Source of the DNA: Felis catus
Taxonomy: Eukaryota
Assembly: GCF_018350175.1 (NCBI RefSeq)
Contig: NC_058368.1
Coordinates: 201,068,001-201,132,000 of the forward strand
DNA: 64,000 nt
Direction of reading: 5' to 3'
The position numbers and the translations under genes are program-made. Positions 26,439 to 38,969 of the stretch are shown one piece after another. Each line of letters begins with the position of its first letter. Positions within the stretch are counted from its first letter, which is position 1. The notes beneath the pieces were generated by a model. It saw only the letters and a list, made by a program, of their open reading frames with translations, was not told the DNA's origin and made no database searches.

Positions 26439-27923
26439 AATAATTATTCTTAACTGATCTAGTAAATAGTAATAGTTTGATTAAAATAATAATAGCAAAA
26501 ATGGATTGGTTTATTATAGCTATGGAAAAATGAAATGAATGATAGCAGTATAATAAAGGAGAGGAAGGAGAAATCAGGAAAAGTCTGTCATAAGGTACCC
26601 ATCCTGCCTGTGAAGCATTACAGTGTTATTTGAAAACAGACTTACATTAGATGTAAATGTATATGGTAAACTCTAGAGAAACCACTGAAAAAAATCTGAA
26701 AAGGAAGTATAATTTATATGCTAAGAGAAGAGAGAATGTGGAATCATGTAAAACATTCAGTTAAAGCCACGGAAGATGGGGAAAAGTGAAAGATTAAAAA
26801 AAAGAAAAATGAATAGAAAACAATTACATATGGTCAATATTAATCCAACCATATGAATCATTATTTAATATATAAATTATCTAAATATAGTAATTAAAAG
26901 ATGAACATTTTCAGGCTGGATTTAAAAAAAAAGGCCCAGCTATAGGTTGTTTATAAGAAACCCACTTTAAGCATAAACACACAGAAATATTAAAAGTAAG
27001 GTGGCAGAGAAAGATGTATCAACACTAATCAAAAGAAAGCTGAGAAAGTCATATTTTAGACAAAGTAGGCTTCAGAAAAACAAAAATAACCATGGATAAA
27101 GAGGTCAATTCTCCAAGAAGACATAACAATCCTTAATGTATATGCACCTAACAAGAGAACATCAAAATACATGAGGCAAAGCTGATAGAACTAAAACGAG
27201 AAACACACAAATCCACCAGTGTAGTTGAAGACTTCAGCACCACTCAATCAGTAATTGGCAGATCCAGCAGACAGAAAATCATTAAGGACATAATTGAACT
27301 TAAGAGGACCATCAATCAACTGAATGTAATTGGCATCCATAAACTACTCCATCCAGTAACAGCAGAGTATACCATCTTCTCAAACTCACATAGAACATTC
27401 TCCAAGATAGACTATATTCTGAACCATAAAACACACCTTAAAAAATTTAGGAGAATAGAAATCATACCATGGATAGTCTCAAACCACAATGGAATTAAAA
27501 CAGAAGTCAATGGCATAAAGATAGCTGGAACACCCCAAAATATTTCAAGATTAAACAACACACTCTAAATAATACATGGAAAAGAGAAATATGGACAAAA
27601 TATTTTAAATATTTTAATTAAATATTAGTGAATATTCAAATGAAAATGAAAATACAGTTTCTCAAAATTTGTGGAATGGAGTGAAAGCAGTGCGTAGAGA
27701 GAAATTTATAAAATGGAATATATATATTAGAAAGGAATACCTAAAAATGAGAATCTTAGCTTCCACTTTAGTGAACTAGAAAAAGAAGAGCAAATTAAAA
27801 ACAAAGTAACCAAAAGAAAAGAAATAATAAGAATTAGGACAAGAATCAGTGAAACTGAAGACAGGAAATCAATTATAGAAGATCAGTGAAACCAAACATT
27901 AGTTCTTTGAAAATACCAAGAAA

Positions 27924-28150
27924 GGGCACCTGGGTGGCTCAGTCAGTTAAGCGTCTGACTTTGGCTCAGGTCATGATCTCATGGTTCCTGAATTCAAGCC
28001 CCACGTCAGGCTCTATGCTGACAGCTCAGAGCCTGGAGACTGCTTCAGATTCTGTGTCTTCCTCTCTCTCTCTACCCCTCCCGTGTTACGCTCTGCCCCT
28101 CTCTGTGTCTCTCAAAAATAAATAAACATTAAAAAATTGTTTTAAATAAA
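27924..28150 (+). mobile_element. Can-SINE (feliform type) in L1
   Basis: gggcacctgggtggctcagtcagttaagcgtc; TSD gaaaataccaagaaa/gaaaatgccaagaaa. Confidence 0.95.
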
Positions 28151-29420
28151 AGAAAATGCCAAGAAAATTGATAAATGTCTAGTGAAGCTAACAAAGAAAA
28201 AAAGAGAGAACAAACATAAATTACAAATATCAGAAATGAAAGAATGGTCACTACTACTGATACTATGCATGGCCATTAAAAGGATAATAAAGGAATATTA
28301 ACAACTCTATGTCTAGAAATTTGATAACCTAGTTGAAATGAACCAATTCCTTGAAAGACATACTTTATCAAATTCACAGAAGGAGAAATAGATATGACTA
28401 AAGTTGTATCTGTTAAGGAAATTGAATCAATAATCAATAATTAGTCAACTCCCAAACAGCATCAGTCCCAGATGAGTCAATTCTACCAAATATTTATGTA
28501 ATAATGATTCCAATTTCCTACAATCTGTTACAGAAAACAGAAGTGGAGGGATCACATCCTAACTCATTCTATGAGACCAACATTACCCTAATACCAATCC
28601 AGCTGAAGACATTAAAAGAAAGGGACACTACAGACCAATATATCTTCAAATATGAATGCAAAAATCTTCAACAAAACACTAGTAAACTGAATTCAACAGA
28701 CTGTAAAAGTAATTATACACCATGAACAAATGAGATATATTCTAAGTATGCAAGACTGAAACAACATTTGAAATAAATTAATGTAATCCTACACATCAAG
28801 ATTCTAAGAAAAATCATATGATCATTTCAATAGATGTATCAGAAACATGTGATATAACCCAACATTCATTCAAAAAGAAAAACACTTAGAAAACTAAAAA
28901 TAGAGGAGAACTTCTTCGATTTGATAAAAACAAAACAAAACAAAACAAAACATCTATAGGAACCTATATTTAACATCATACTTAAGGGTGAGAAACTAGA
29001 TACTTACCCATCAGATTAAGAACAAGTCAAGGACGTCCCCTCTCACTACTTTTGCTCAACATCATAGTGGAAATTCCAGTTAATGTAACATGACAAGAAA
29101 AAGAAATAAAAGTATACAGGCTTGGAGGGAAGAAATAAAACTGGTTGCATATGCCATCTATGTAGAAAATCCCAAAGAATTGACAAAAACTTCCTGTAAC
29201 TAATAAGTGTTAGTAGTAAGTTTGTAGGATACAAGATTACTTCCATATTTAGGAAAATATATTCACTTAAAAATTAAATGCTGCTACATTTCAGAATATG
29301 TGTTGAAGATATAGAGGTAGCTAGAACACTCCTTGGTGCAAAGTTATCAAACTGTAATAATTATCAAACTATAGGTGGCAAACAAATCTCTTGAACAGCT
29401 TCTTTAAAAAACTATGGCCA

Positions 29421-29624
29421 GGGGCACCTGGGTGGCTCAGTCAGTTAAGCATCTAACACTTGGTGTCAGCTCAGGTTATGATCTCATGGTTCATGGGATG
29501 AAGCCCTGCATTGGGCTCTGCACTGACAGTGGGGAGCCTGCTTGGGATTCCCTCTCCCTTGCTTTCTGCCCCTCTCTCATTCTCTCTCTCTCGCTCTCTC
29601 TCAAAATAAATAAACTTAAAAAAA
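29421..29624 (+). mobile_element. Can-SINE
   Basis: Head ggggcacctgggtggctcag, gcctgcttgggattc body, CT run; TSD-like atggccag/atgtccag. Confidence 0.94.
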
Positions 29625-30000
29625 TGTCCAGACTCCATGACTAGCATCTTGGACTATGTTGTGCCAATTTAGCTCGTCTTCAGTTTTTATAAGTACACGT
29701 ATATGGCTGGGACACATGGCCAACTAAGACTCTACTTCTAGAAACACTGGTCTTAGGAAAGACATGGCCTCGGAGTTGTATAACATCCACACTTTATTCT
29801 AGGTATGTGGCTTCCCATAGTGCGATTTGAAGAGACTACAAAAGGGATCACCAAATGATTTTTAAGCAGAAATATGGGAGTCTCAGATTTCTGCTTTAAA
29901 GGGCTTGCCATTTGGAAAACAGATTAGCAAGACATAAACCTGGAGACTTTTGCAACTGTACAGCATGATTGATTTCTAAAGTCTTCCTAAATTAAAAAAA

Positions 30001-30229
30001 TTTTTTTTTTACTTTTTTTTAATGTCTGTTTATTTTTTGAGAGACAGAGAGAGACAAAGCATGAGCAGGGAAGGGGCATAGATAGAGAGGGAGTCACAGA
30101 ATCCGAAGCAGGCTCCAAGCTCTGAGCTGTCAGCACAGAGCCTGACGCGGGGCTCGAAATCAAGAGCAGTGAGATCATGACCTGAGCGGAACTCGGACAC
30201 TTAACCGACTGAGCCACCCAGGCGCCCAG
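30001..30229 (-). mobile_element. Can-SINE (feliform type)
   Basis: Antisense SINE, CpGs partly retained; TSD gtcttcctaaatt. Confidence 0.95.
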
Positions 30230-30389
30230 GTCTTCCTAAATTTTTGTAGGAAGAAAACAGTTTCTAATTTAGATACCACTTAAAATTTCTTCCTATCTAG
30301 AAATTCATTATGTTATTGATTACCTTCTTTCTCTTGCTTATAATCATGTGTATTACTCATTAGGATAAAAGAATATTTGTTATTAACCA

Positions 30390-30496
30390 GCAATAAATGG
30401 CAATAAATGGGCTATAGCAATAAATGGGCTATATTTGGCTACAAATAATGGCTACATTTGGCTACAAATAACCAGCTATATTTGGCTACAAATAAC
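30390..30496. repeat. Compound short tandem duplication array
   Basis: gcaataaatgg x3 followed by gctayatttggctacaaataa x3 (30428, 30451, 30475). Confidence 0.9.
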
Positions 30497-31029
30497 GAAA
30501 AATATCATAATCACTTTCTCAGTGTCTCATATAATTAGGGTACCTCATTAGGGATACAAAACACTAGAAGATCACAAGTTCAGGACAAGCAAGGATAGAT
30601 AATTCATAGTAACAGGTGATATGCTAATATCAAATGGCTGGTACCAGGAGTAAGTGCCTTAGAGGGTTCCATATGCCAACTAAGGACCAGAGAAGAGGGT
30701 GACTGCCTGGAAGACATTCTGTCTTCAGCTGAGCCTTAAAAGGAAGCCATGTGAAGAAAAGAGGAAGGGGGTTTGTTTCTATTTGGGGTGACAGCAAGGA
30801 GAAACAGTCTGAAAGGGAAGACTGGTCCTTTTAAAATTATTTCTATTCAAAACTTCTGGCTATACTGCATATGCTGTTTTCTTTCTCTTTCCCATTATCC
30901 CTGTCCCCACATGACAGGTTGTAAAGAACAGTTTTTGTGAAATTCACCAACCATTTTAGCATGATGTAGATGAGCTCAAGTGGTGATAGAGATGCATCAT
31001 TCAACAAGATTCATTTTTTTATAAATTTT

Positions 31030-31125
31030 GTCTTTGTTTCATTCATTTTTGTTTCCCAAGGCATAGAAGAGAGCCCAGCACATAGTAGATGCTTCATAGA
31101 ACACCCATTGAATAAATGAATGAAG
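31030..31125 (+). mobile_element. L2 3' end
   Basis: gcccagcacatagtagatgcttcata...ttgaataaatgaatgaa, the typical L2 terminus. Confidence 0.65.
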
Positions 31126-31291
31126 CCAAGAATTATTTACAAGAAGCCTTCTAATTGAAAGTTACTATAAATTTAAATCCAAATTTTAATTATATGAGGA
31201 AAATATCTGCAAATAAGAACACGCTGTATTAAAAGATACTTTAAATGCCAATGCCTAAAAGAAAATAGAACAACTATTTCATTATTTTATT

Positions 31292-31504
31292 ATTTTTAAA
31301 TTTTTTTAACATTTGTTCATTTTTGAGAGACAGAGCATGAGTGGGTGAGGGGCAGAGAGAGAGAGTGACACAGAATCAGAAGCAGCTCCGGCCTCCAAGC
31401 TGTCAGCACAGAGCCCACAGAGTGGGGCTGGAACTCATGGACCGCGAGATCATGACCCAAGCTGAAGTCTGATGCTTAATCGATTGAACCACTCAGGTGC
31501 CCCC
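31292..31504 (-). mobile_element. Can-SINE
   Basis: Antisense SINE ending gaaccactcaggtgccccc; TSD tttcattatttta. Confidence 0.93.
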
Positions 31505-33486
31505 TGTTTCATTATTTTAAGAGAGATTCCAAATTATTTTCCTATGGACCTCAAGATCGGCTAAATGTTTTTTTAAAAAAACTGATAACTAAGAAAAAAG
31601 TGAACAGATGGCAGCAAAAATAACCAAGAGAAAAATTATCACAGGTGTCTATCAATGAACAAATAACATCTTGCAAATAAGTAATTGCTGAAACCTTATT
31701 TGAAGGGCTGAACTCATTGTTCTTTGGCAGGCCAAATTCTCTTTCACAGACCCAGCTCCCTTTGATGAAACCATTCATCCTCCCCATCCCACACCCAAAA
31801 CAACTTAACTGAAAGAGGGAGCTTCGTTGTAACCAGAATCCCAATTTGCACACACTGGAATGTACTGAGCAATTCAGGGCTTTTATCTTATTTAACTACT
31901 GAGCTCGAGTTTATATAAATTCATAATTGTGATTCCACACTTCATGAAAAACATAAACAAAATTAGAAACTCTGGACAGCAAAGATAATGAATGTTCAAA
32001 TGGTGCCCTACAGATTAATCACATAGATACAGGATTTCAAACATCAGCCAGTGTGTGGTTCCAAGTCTTTTGAAAAGAAATTGTTTCTCTGTGACGAGCT
32101 GATGTTAACATTTTAATTAATGGGAAGGCGTCAAATAAAAAACTATTATTCTGTATTAAATTTTTTTAACTTAAGCCACATTAGTCTTGTGTTTAAACCA
32201 TATTTTCCATTAATAAATTTACTTTACGCAGTATATGTAGCTTTCGAAATGTTGATATTTATTTATATCACTCACTAAAGCATATTCTGAAAATGGCGCT
32301 TTCTCCAAAGTGCAGACTGCTGTAAGTTTTATGTTAACTGAAATACTTAAATACCACTTCAAGGTCACAAGGTTGATTCTCATAATAGAAAGTCCTTTTG
32401 TTAATTTTACTTAAAAATTGAAGAACGCAAGTCCCATATAGTACTCTGGTTCATGCCCTGAGTATCGCAGTGGCAAAAAGTAACTCTTGCTTGATGTATC
32501 TTTATTGTTTCTCTGCCACTGTTATGGCTACTAAAAGGTCAGCCAGAGCTTATGGCACCAAAAGGTCATTTTTGTTATTCTAAAGAGAGAAGTTTTGACA
32601 CATGATATATTATGAAGAGAACAGAGACACCAACTGATGTACTGTAATGCTAATCATCCACATCTTTTCGTTCTTTAAAAGAAAGCCGAGAGAAAATCCC
32701 TTTGTTTTTATCTGAAAATGACTTTCAAACAATTCAGAATATAAAAGAAATGAGATGCACTCCCTCTGGCCCACTTAACAAATTTATAATTTGGGTAAAT
32801 ACAAATTACTAATCTCAGTTTAAAGCATTAACTCAATGTGAAAGCCCATTTACATGAACTCCTTTAGTTTTTGCTTATCCACGATGCTCATGTTTCTATT
32901 TTTATGAGTGTCATATCATGGCTTGAGGAAAGAATTTCTGAAAATTATAGGCTTATTACCAGAAGAAAGGGAAGTCAGCCCTTATGTCCTTCCTTCCCAG
33001 CCATCTTCTCCATTTTAAGACAAGGGACTGTGCAGAAATTTGAGCTTGGGTCTGTGAGTAGCCAATTTAGTGGCCATAAGAATGTTCTTTACAAACAACA
33101 AAGCAATAAATCAATGAGGTGAATTCTGTAATCTTATAGTTGCTGTGATTGTTAAATATATATCTGAGGAAAAAAAAATTCCTGGATTTATTTCATTGAA
33201 GAACTAGTTGTATTACCACAATCTCTAAAGACCAAACTTGATGAAGAGATTTTAATCTGGACTCTCTGGATATACCTTTCGGAACTCTGTGAAGACTGGA
33301 AAAATACAAAAGTTTACATAGGCAGGAGCAAGTCTATACCTTTTGTTAGGTTTTCAAAAGGAACTATGACGAATTAAGAAATATTAGTAGCAGAGGTGTA
33401 ATATGGAGGCCAGAAATTCCCAAACAGTCCAGTGTGCTCCCAATGAATCTTTTCTCCCTCATCCATAAAGAGGGTACCTCCTTGAG

Positions 33487-33660
33487 TAATAATAATAACA
33501 GAATTTATAGCATGGCTATTTCAGACAGATACTGTGCTAAGTGATTAAATATTGCTTCATAAATTATTTTCAATTATTTTACGTATTACCTTAATACTTA
33601 CAACAACCCCAAGAGTTAAGTATTATGATCTCCATATTTTACATGAGGAAATCAGAGTTG
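33487..33660 (-). mobile_element. MIR fragment
   Basis: aataataataaca..tttatag..actgtgctaagtg..tacaacaacccc..tattatgatctccatattttacatgaggaaatcagag. Confidence 0.75.
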
Positions 33661-35302
33661 TGTCCCTGACAGCAATACTTGAAAAAGGCATCTAGAACTT
33701 ACTTTTCAAACATGTTTAGCAAGTGAACCTTCTTCTCCAAATGAGAGTTACCATGGAACCACAAATATGATAAATGTACTTGTATGCATTTTTTAAAGTT
33801 TTAGTAAACAATATTTTCTCTAAAGACAATGAGGATACAAAGGTTATTTTCAATGTATAAAATTATAAGCAGAGATTGCAAATGACAGCTAGCATCTTTA
33901 AAATGATAACATCAAAATTATTTCTGTGTTTTATTTTGGGTTGCATCATGTAAACACAATTTTGCATTACATAGAACAATTGCAAACGATAGCAGTTTTT
34001 TAACAGCTCATCCTGCAATTTTGTGATGCTCTTCAATTTAACTCATCTAGAAGACTAAAGGAGAAGTAGCAGAAAATTGTTTCAAGGTTAAATCACTAAC
34101 ATTATCTAACATCTCCTCTCTATCCTTAATTGTTAATTTCTCAAGTTGAAATTGGTTGGTGAGCTGTTCGTCATCCATTTTAAATTATCTTTCTTTGAAA
34201 AATAATTTTCAAATGTATCTTTTACCCATTCCATGTTTAACAATGTCAGTTTCCAAAATTAGCTAAATCACTCTATCAAAGTTTTAAATCAGCAAATATA
34301 TTCTGCTTGCATTTCCAATCAAAACTGGAAAGTTCTGTTTTGATTGCTAATACTGTATCTTCAGTTTTCATTATGTACAATGACACTGATATACTGCTAA
34401 ATGGAGCTTTTTGATTTACTCCAAATATTAGTAATTTATACATGATGAGAAAGCCATGTTATATCTGAGCCAATTATAATTAACAAAGTGTGTTTATTTG
34501 AAAATAGTGTTTCTTTGTCTCATTGGAGACATGTGTGCTAACACTTTGCCATGGAGCAGTCCATACATTTCCACTTTCTAAAAAGTGTATCGCTATAAAT
34601 ACCTCTGAAAAATATGTAATTGAAAGATTCAAATTTAATAAACTATATAATCTGTATGGAATTTATCTATTCCTTTATTGAAAAGTGATGCATCTTAAGA
34701 ACAATTCTGTTTGTCTGTATACCAAACAACAAGGTAAAACCTGAATACATTTTTCTGCAATAAGTTTTAGAAAACCCCCTATTTCTACATTCTTTGACAG
34801 TCTCCTCTGTCATTACAGCCAACACTAGATCTTTGCCAACTTATTTAATGATGTAATGAAAACTTTACTAGTCTATCTTATGCCTTTTTTAATGTTTTCA
34901 AGTAAACTACCTTTGTATTGGCCTGTGTGATGTATTGTACAAAAATTATGGGAAAATCTGTAACACCTCTCCCCTTTCCTAGTTATATTATTAAGGTTTC
35001 ATGTGATATTAGACTTTGATTTAATAACATTTTGGGTGTGTACTCTTGGATTATCTCTAGATTATATCACAAGACAACAGTATCAATTGTATTTTCATCA
35101 CTGCTTGTCCTCTTAACATACTTGTTGCAATGTCTATGGTGGAAGGATTAATAAGTATTTTTTCTAATAGTGTGTGACTCTTCCTCATCTCTGATAGATT
35201 ACATTCGTTTGACAAAACTCATGAATGCCTGTCAACACACTGAAACCTTGTTGCATTCATTATTATGAAACTATATTGTTCAACATATACTGAAAAATTG
35301 TT

Positions 35303-35514
35303 GGGGTGCCTGGGTGGCTCAGTCGGTTGAGCGTCCGACTTCAGCTCAGGTCACGATCTCACGGTTCGTGAGTTCAAGCCCCGCATCAGGCTCTGGGCTG
35401 ATGGCCCAGAGCCTGGAGCCTGCTTCGGATTCTGTGTCTCCCTCGCTCTCTGCCCCTCCCCCATTCATGCTCTGTCTCTCTCTGTCTCAAAAATAAATAA
35501 ACATTAAAAAAAAA
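35303..35514 (+). mobile_element. Can-SINE (SINEC_Fc-like, fairly young)
   Basis: tctgggctgatggc diagnostic; CpGs retained; TSD aaaaattgtt/aaagattgtt. Confidence 0.96.
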
Positions 35515-35614
35515 GATTGTTAATGATATCATTTTATGCTTATTTGTGCTTCAAAATGAAACATAGGGCAATATTGTAAAATGTTATTATGCTAGACTCA
35601 TTTATCTTTTAAAT

Positions 35615-35738
35615 ATTTTTTTTTATTTTTTATTTTTATTTATTTTTTGAGGAGTAGCTGCACCTGACGTGGGGCTCAAACTCATAACCCCGAGATCAAG
35701 AGTCACATGTTGTACCAAGGGAGCCAGCCAGGCATCCC
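35615..35738 (-). mobile_element. Short Can-SINE
   Basis: gtggggctcaaactcataaccccgagatcaagagtcaca...gagccagccaggcatccc; TSD ctagactcattta. Confidence 0.9.
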
Positions 35739-36199
35739 TAGACTCATTTACCCTTTAAAAAGTAAGACAAGACAATGAATGACTTGTGTTTTCATCTTAT
35801 TTTGTGTGAGTTTTTAGAACATTGCTTCATTAGATGTGTACTTATCAGTATTGATAATAATAGCTGCATATTTAGTTCATACATATAAATATGGTCCCAC
35901 TAGTCCCATTTTGAACTGAAAACGCTGATCAAATCTGTTGTTAAATTTATTTTTCAAACTATGGCTTTTTAATTACATAGTTTTAAAGAATATGATTTCA
36001 CTTTACCTTGAGCCCGTGTAAAATTTAGAAATTCAAAAGTTAATACAAAAGCACACCAAATTGAATTCAATCATAAACATGAAAAACAGACAAGAAACAA
36101 CAAAAACTAAATTTTGTGCTATCACTACCTGAGCTTATTGGGGTTAAATATCATTGTATATCCTCAGGATATAGGTCAATTTGTCATTATCGTCACCAG

Positions 36200-36272
36200 A
36201 AAAAATAAATATTTATTGAGCACTTATATCATGTGCCAGGACTGTGCTTTATACTGGACATAGAAAATGAAA
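36200..36272 (-). mobile_element. L2 3' end
   Basis: aaatatttattgagcacttatatcatgtgccaggactgtgct. Confidence 0.7.
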
Positions 36273-37628
36273 TTAAAACACACACACACACGCATACACA
36301 CACAACAACAACAACAACAACAAAACAGTCTAGAGTCTCATCATGATGATTTTAATTTAAACTTTGTGTCACCTCTGCACTATCTCCACAAATTATTGAA
36401 CAGAGATTTTCATAGACTAAAAGGAAATAAAAATATATATGTCAGTGCTATTAATATAAAGCAAGCTCTGCACACTAGTATTTTCAAGGGTACAGGATAG
36501 AGCAGAAAAAAAGTATATTGATTTCCATGTTAATATTTTCCTTTTTCTCAGTTCAGGTAATTAGATATTTTTCTGAAACATAAGAGTAGTTTCCTCCTCC
36601 ACATCAACATGCTGTTGAGAGAAAGGAAGTCATATTAGTTTGAGTGGTAGGACAAGAAAGATACTAGGATGAAATGATGTTTTCAGAGACCTGACTGCAC
36701 CATTATGCTGAATAATTTAATCTGTACTTAACACAATGCTCAGGTAAATACACAAATGTGGACTCATCCAAAAACAAAAGTGTTCAAACTAACATACTAA
36801 GTTTCGTTGATCCTAAAAGAACAACAGGTTTTATTTCAGTGTTGTTCATTACAGGTTTGTTCTGAAGGGGAGAGGTGGCCAGACCTGTCAGGGGAGGGCC
36901 TTGTTTGGTCTCTTTGTGTGGTATTTATAGCCTGGTCTGGTTAATGTCAATCTTCACTTTATTGGTATTCTCTTAAATCCTGAAATTTTACCCAGACTTT
37001 TCCTTATAAGCCAAGTCTTCTCATAGAAAACTCTATGTATATTTTCAGCAATATAAAAGTTTCCTGGTTTTTCTTCACAACTTCTTTCTCTTATTTGTCC
37101 CTTTATTGTGATGCTTTGTGTAGATTTCACCAAGATCTCAAGTTCAGTTTGAGTATTTGCGTTTATATGCACGTGTGCTTTTTCCCCACTCTGTAGTAAC
37201 AAAAATAAACAAAAATCCTTTTTCAGAGTCACAAAGACTGAGTCTTTTCTGATAGCCATTGTTGGTAATGGAAGTGGAAAAAACAATCAATCAACTCGTA
37301 GGGAGACAAGAGCTTGTGAGCAATGGCTTCTATATTAGAGGAATTTATTCCATTCTCCACTGGGATGTATAAAAACCAAATAATTCATAACATACAATAT
37401 AATAAATAAAATCATATTTTGTTTACCTATGCCTTTGACATCTTAAATCTTTGGCATTTCTTTTAAAAATAAGTACCTGGCTTACTCTTAATCCCTAATA
37501 GGTTCCTTAACTATCATTCCAAAAACACTTTATCTGTCTCCTCTACTGGTCTTAATTTTTATCACCATGGGATAATTGCTAAGAAAGCAGAGACTGTATG
37601 AATCTTTCTTTATACATTAGTAAAAGAA

Positions 37629-37840
37629 GGGGCACCTGGGTGGCTCAGTTGGTTAAGCATCTGACTTTGGCTCAGGTCATGATCTCGCGGTTTGTGGGTT
37701 CAACCACCACCTAGGGCTCTGTGCTGCCAGCTCAGAGCTGGGAGGCTGCTTCAGATTCTGTGTCTCCCTCTCTCTCTGCCCCTCCCCTGCTCACCCTCTG
37801 TCTCTCTTTCTCAGAAATAAACATTAAAAATGTTTTTTAA
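37629..37840 (+). mobile_element. Can-SINE (feliform type)
   Basis: Full SINE; 15-bp TSD acattagtaaaagaa. Confidence 0.96.
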
Positions 37841-38534
37841 ATTAGACATTAGTAAAAGAAAGAACACAAATAAGCAATCCAACATAGAATCTGAAGACAT
37901 AGACTTATTCTAACTATGTCACTTATTTAATGTCAATAACATATTGATACCCTTTTCTCAAAAAACATGGGGAACAGAGATTTTTTAGGAATGTAATAAG
38001 CAGAAGTTAGAGGTGATTTCTTCCAGTGACACTGCTTAAACTACCAAAAATAAGCCTGCATTAAAGATAGCACAGTTCTGTGGAATTATCATCTGTGACA
38101 ACAATACAAAATGTGTGTTTTTGAAGTTGTTGTTTTTGAAGTGGTGGGTGAAGGCTGAGATAAAAGGCTAACATGAAAATGTCTTATTTAATTACATACG
38201 ATAACAATAGCAATAAAACGCTTAAAGATATTTCTACTTCAACTCTTGAACATCCAAGAACTGCTAGGTCTTTAAAAATGAAACCAAGAAAGAAAATATT
38301 CATATTCTGTGCAAAATATAACAAAGGATTTACTTTTATAGCATGTTGCCTTCAACATTTCTTTGTTTCCTTTTTCCTAAGTTTTAAAATCAGTATCTGT
38401 TCTTTGTTAGTTTTTGTGGCTGAGTTTTGATAGCTACCTTTGAGAGCTATTCATATTTCTATTGATGAAACAAATCAAGGTCTTATTTCTGATTTTTTCA
38501 TGGTTAAGTTTTTATATTTCATGTTATTGAATAT

Positions 38535-38969
38535 TTTAAGCTACAAATTATAATATTATATAATGTCAATGAGTTAATGAAGGGAGTTTCCAATAAATAG
38601 ATTAGCAGCTTCCCTGTTTTTTAGGGGGGGCAGGCTTATGATTATTATTATGATATGATTTGTCATTCTCATTCGTGCATTCAATAATAATCGTTTTTTA
38701 CTGTAACTGTCTTTATGGCCCTAAAAATAAATATCTTTTCACTGACTAATTTTAATACTGGACCTTACCTACCTCTTATGTGACTCAGACACACAAGTGT
38801 AATATTTGCCTATCCATTCCCATCCACCTCTTTTAGTTGTTAATGCATTTCATAATTTCCTCCCCTCTGATTGAATTAGTTCTCTGATTTAAGCTACAAA
38901 TTATTATATCATATCATGTCAATGAGTTAATGAAGGGAGTTTCCAATAAACAGATTAGTAGCTTCCCTG
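38535..38969. repeat. 82-bp interspersed direct repeat (38535-38616 and 38888-38969)
   Basis: tttaagctacaaatt...gtcaatgagttaatgaagggagtttccaataaa...gcttccctg; 5 mismatches and no gaps by manual alignment. Confidence 0.95.

Larger units (their letters stand above)
24700..29245 (+). mobile_element. Decayed ancient L1 (5' region, ORF1, ORF2 EN and RT), 3'-truncated, interrupted by three SINEs
   Basis: A-rich; EIKNAFDGLISSLE (ORF1-like, 25142 ORF); EN region ~26870-27520 (aatgtatatgcacctaacaagaga = NVYAPNKR); HPNSFYETNITLIP (RT start, 28504 ORF); caaggacgtccc..tca (QG.P motif region ~29030). Confidence 0.9.
33698..35927 (-). mobile_element. Probable ancient hAT-Charlie DNA transposon with decayed transposase, interrupted by two SINEs
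   Basis: Left end ttttcaaacatgtttagcaagtgaaccttcttctccaaatga follows atctagaa (Charlie-type target); right end tgaaaacgctg; weak minus-strand peptide echoes LFGIQTN, GLLHGKVLA, DITWLSH, FSLLDELN. Confidence 0.4.

Noticed and set aside
30390..30496. Possible CRISPR-like repeat array
   Set aside because: Spacers are only a few bases, there are no cas genes, and the context is mammalian
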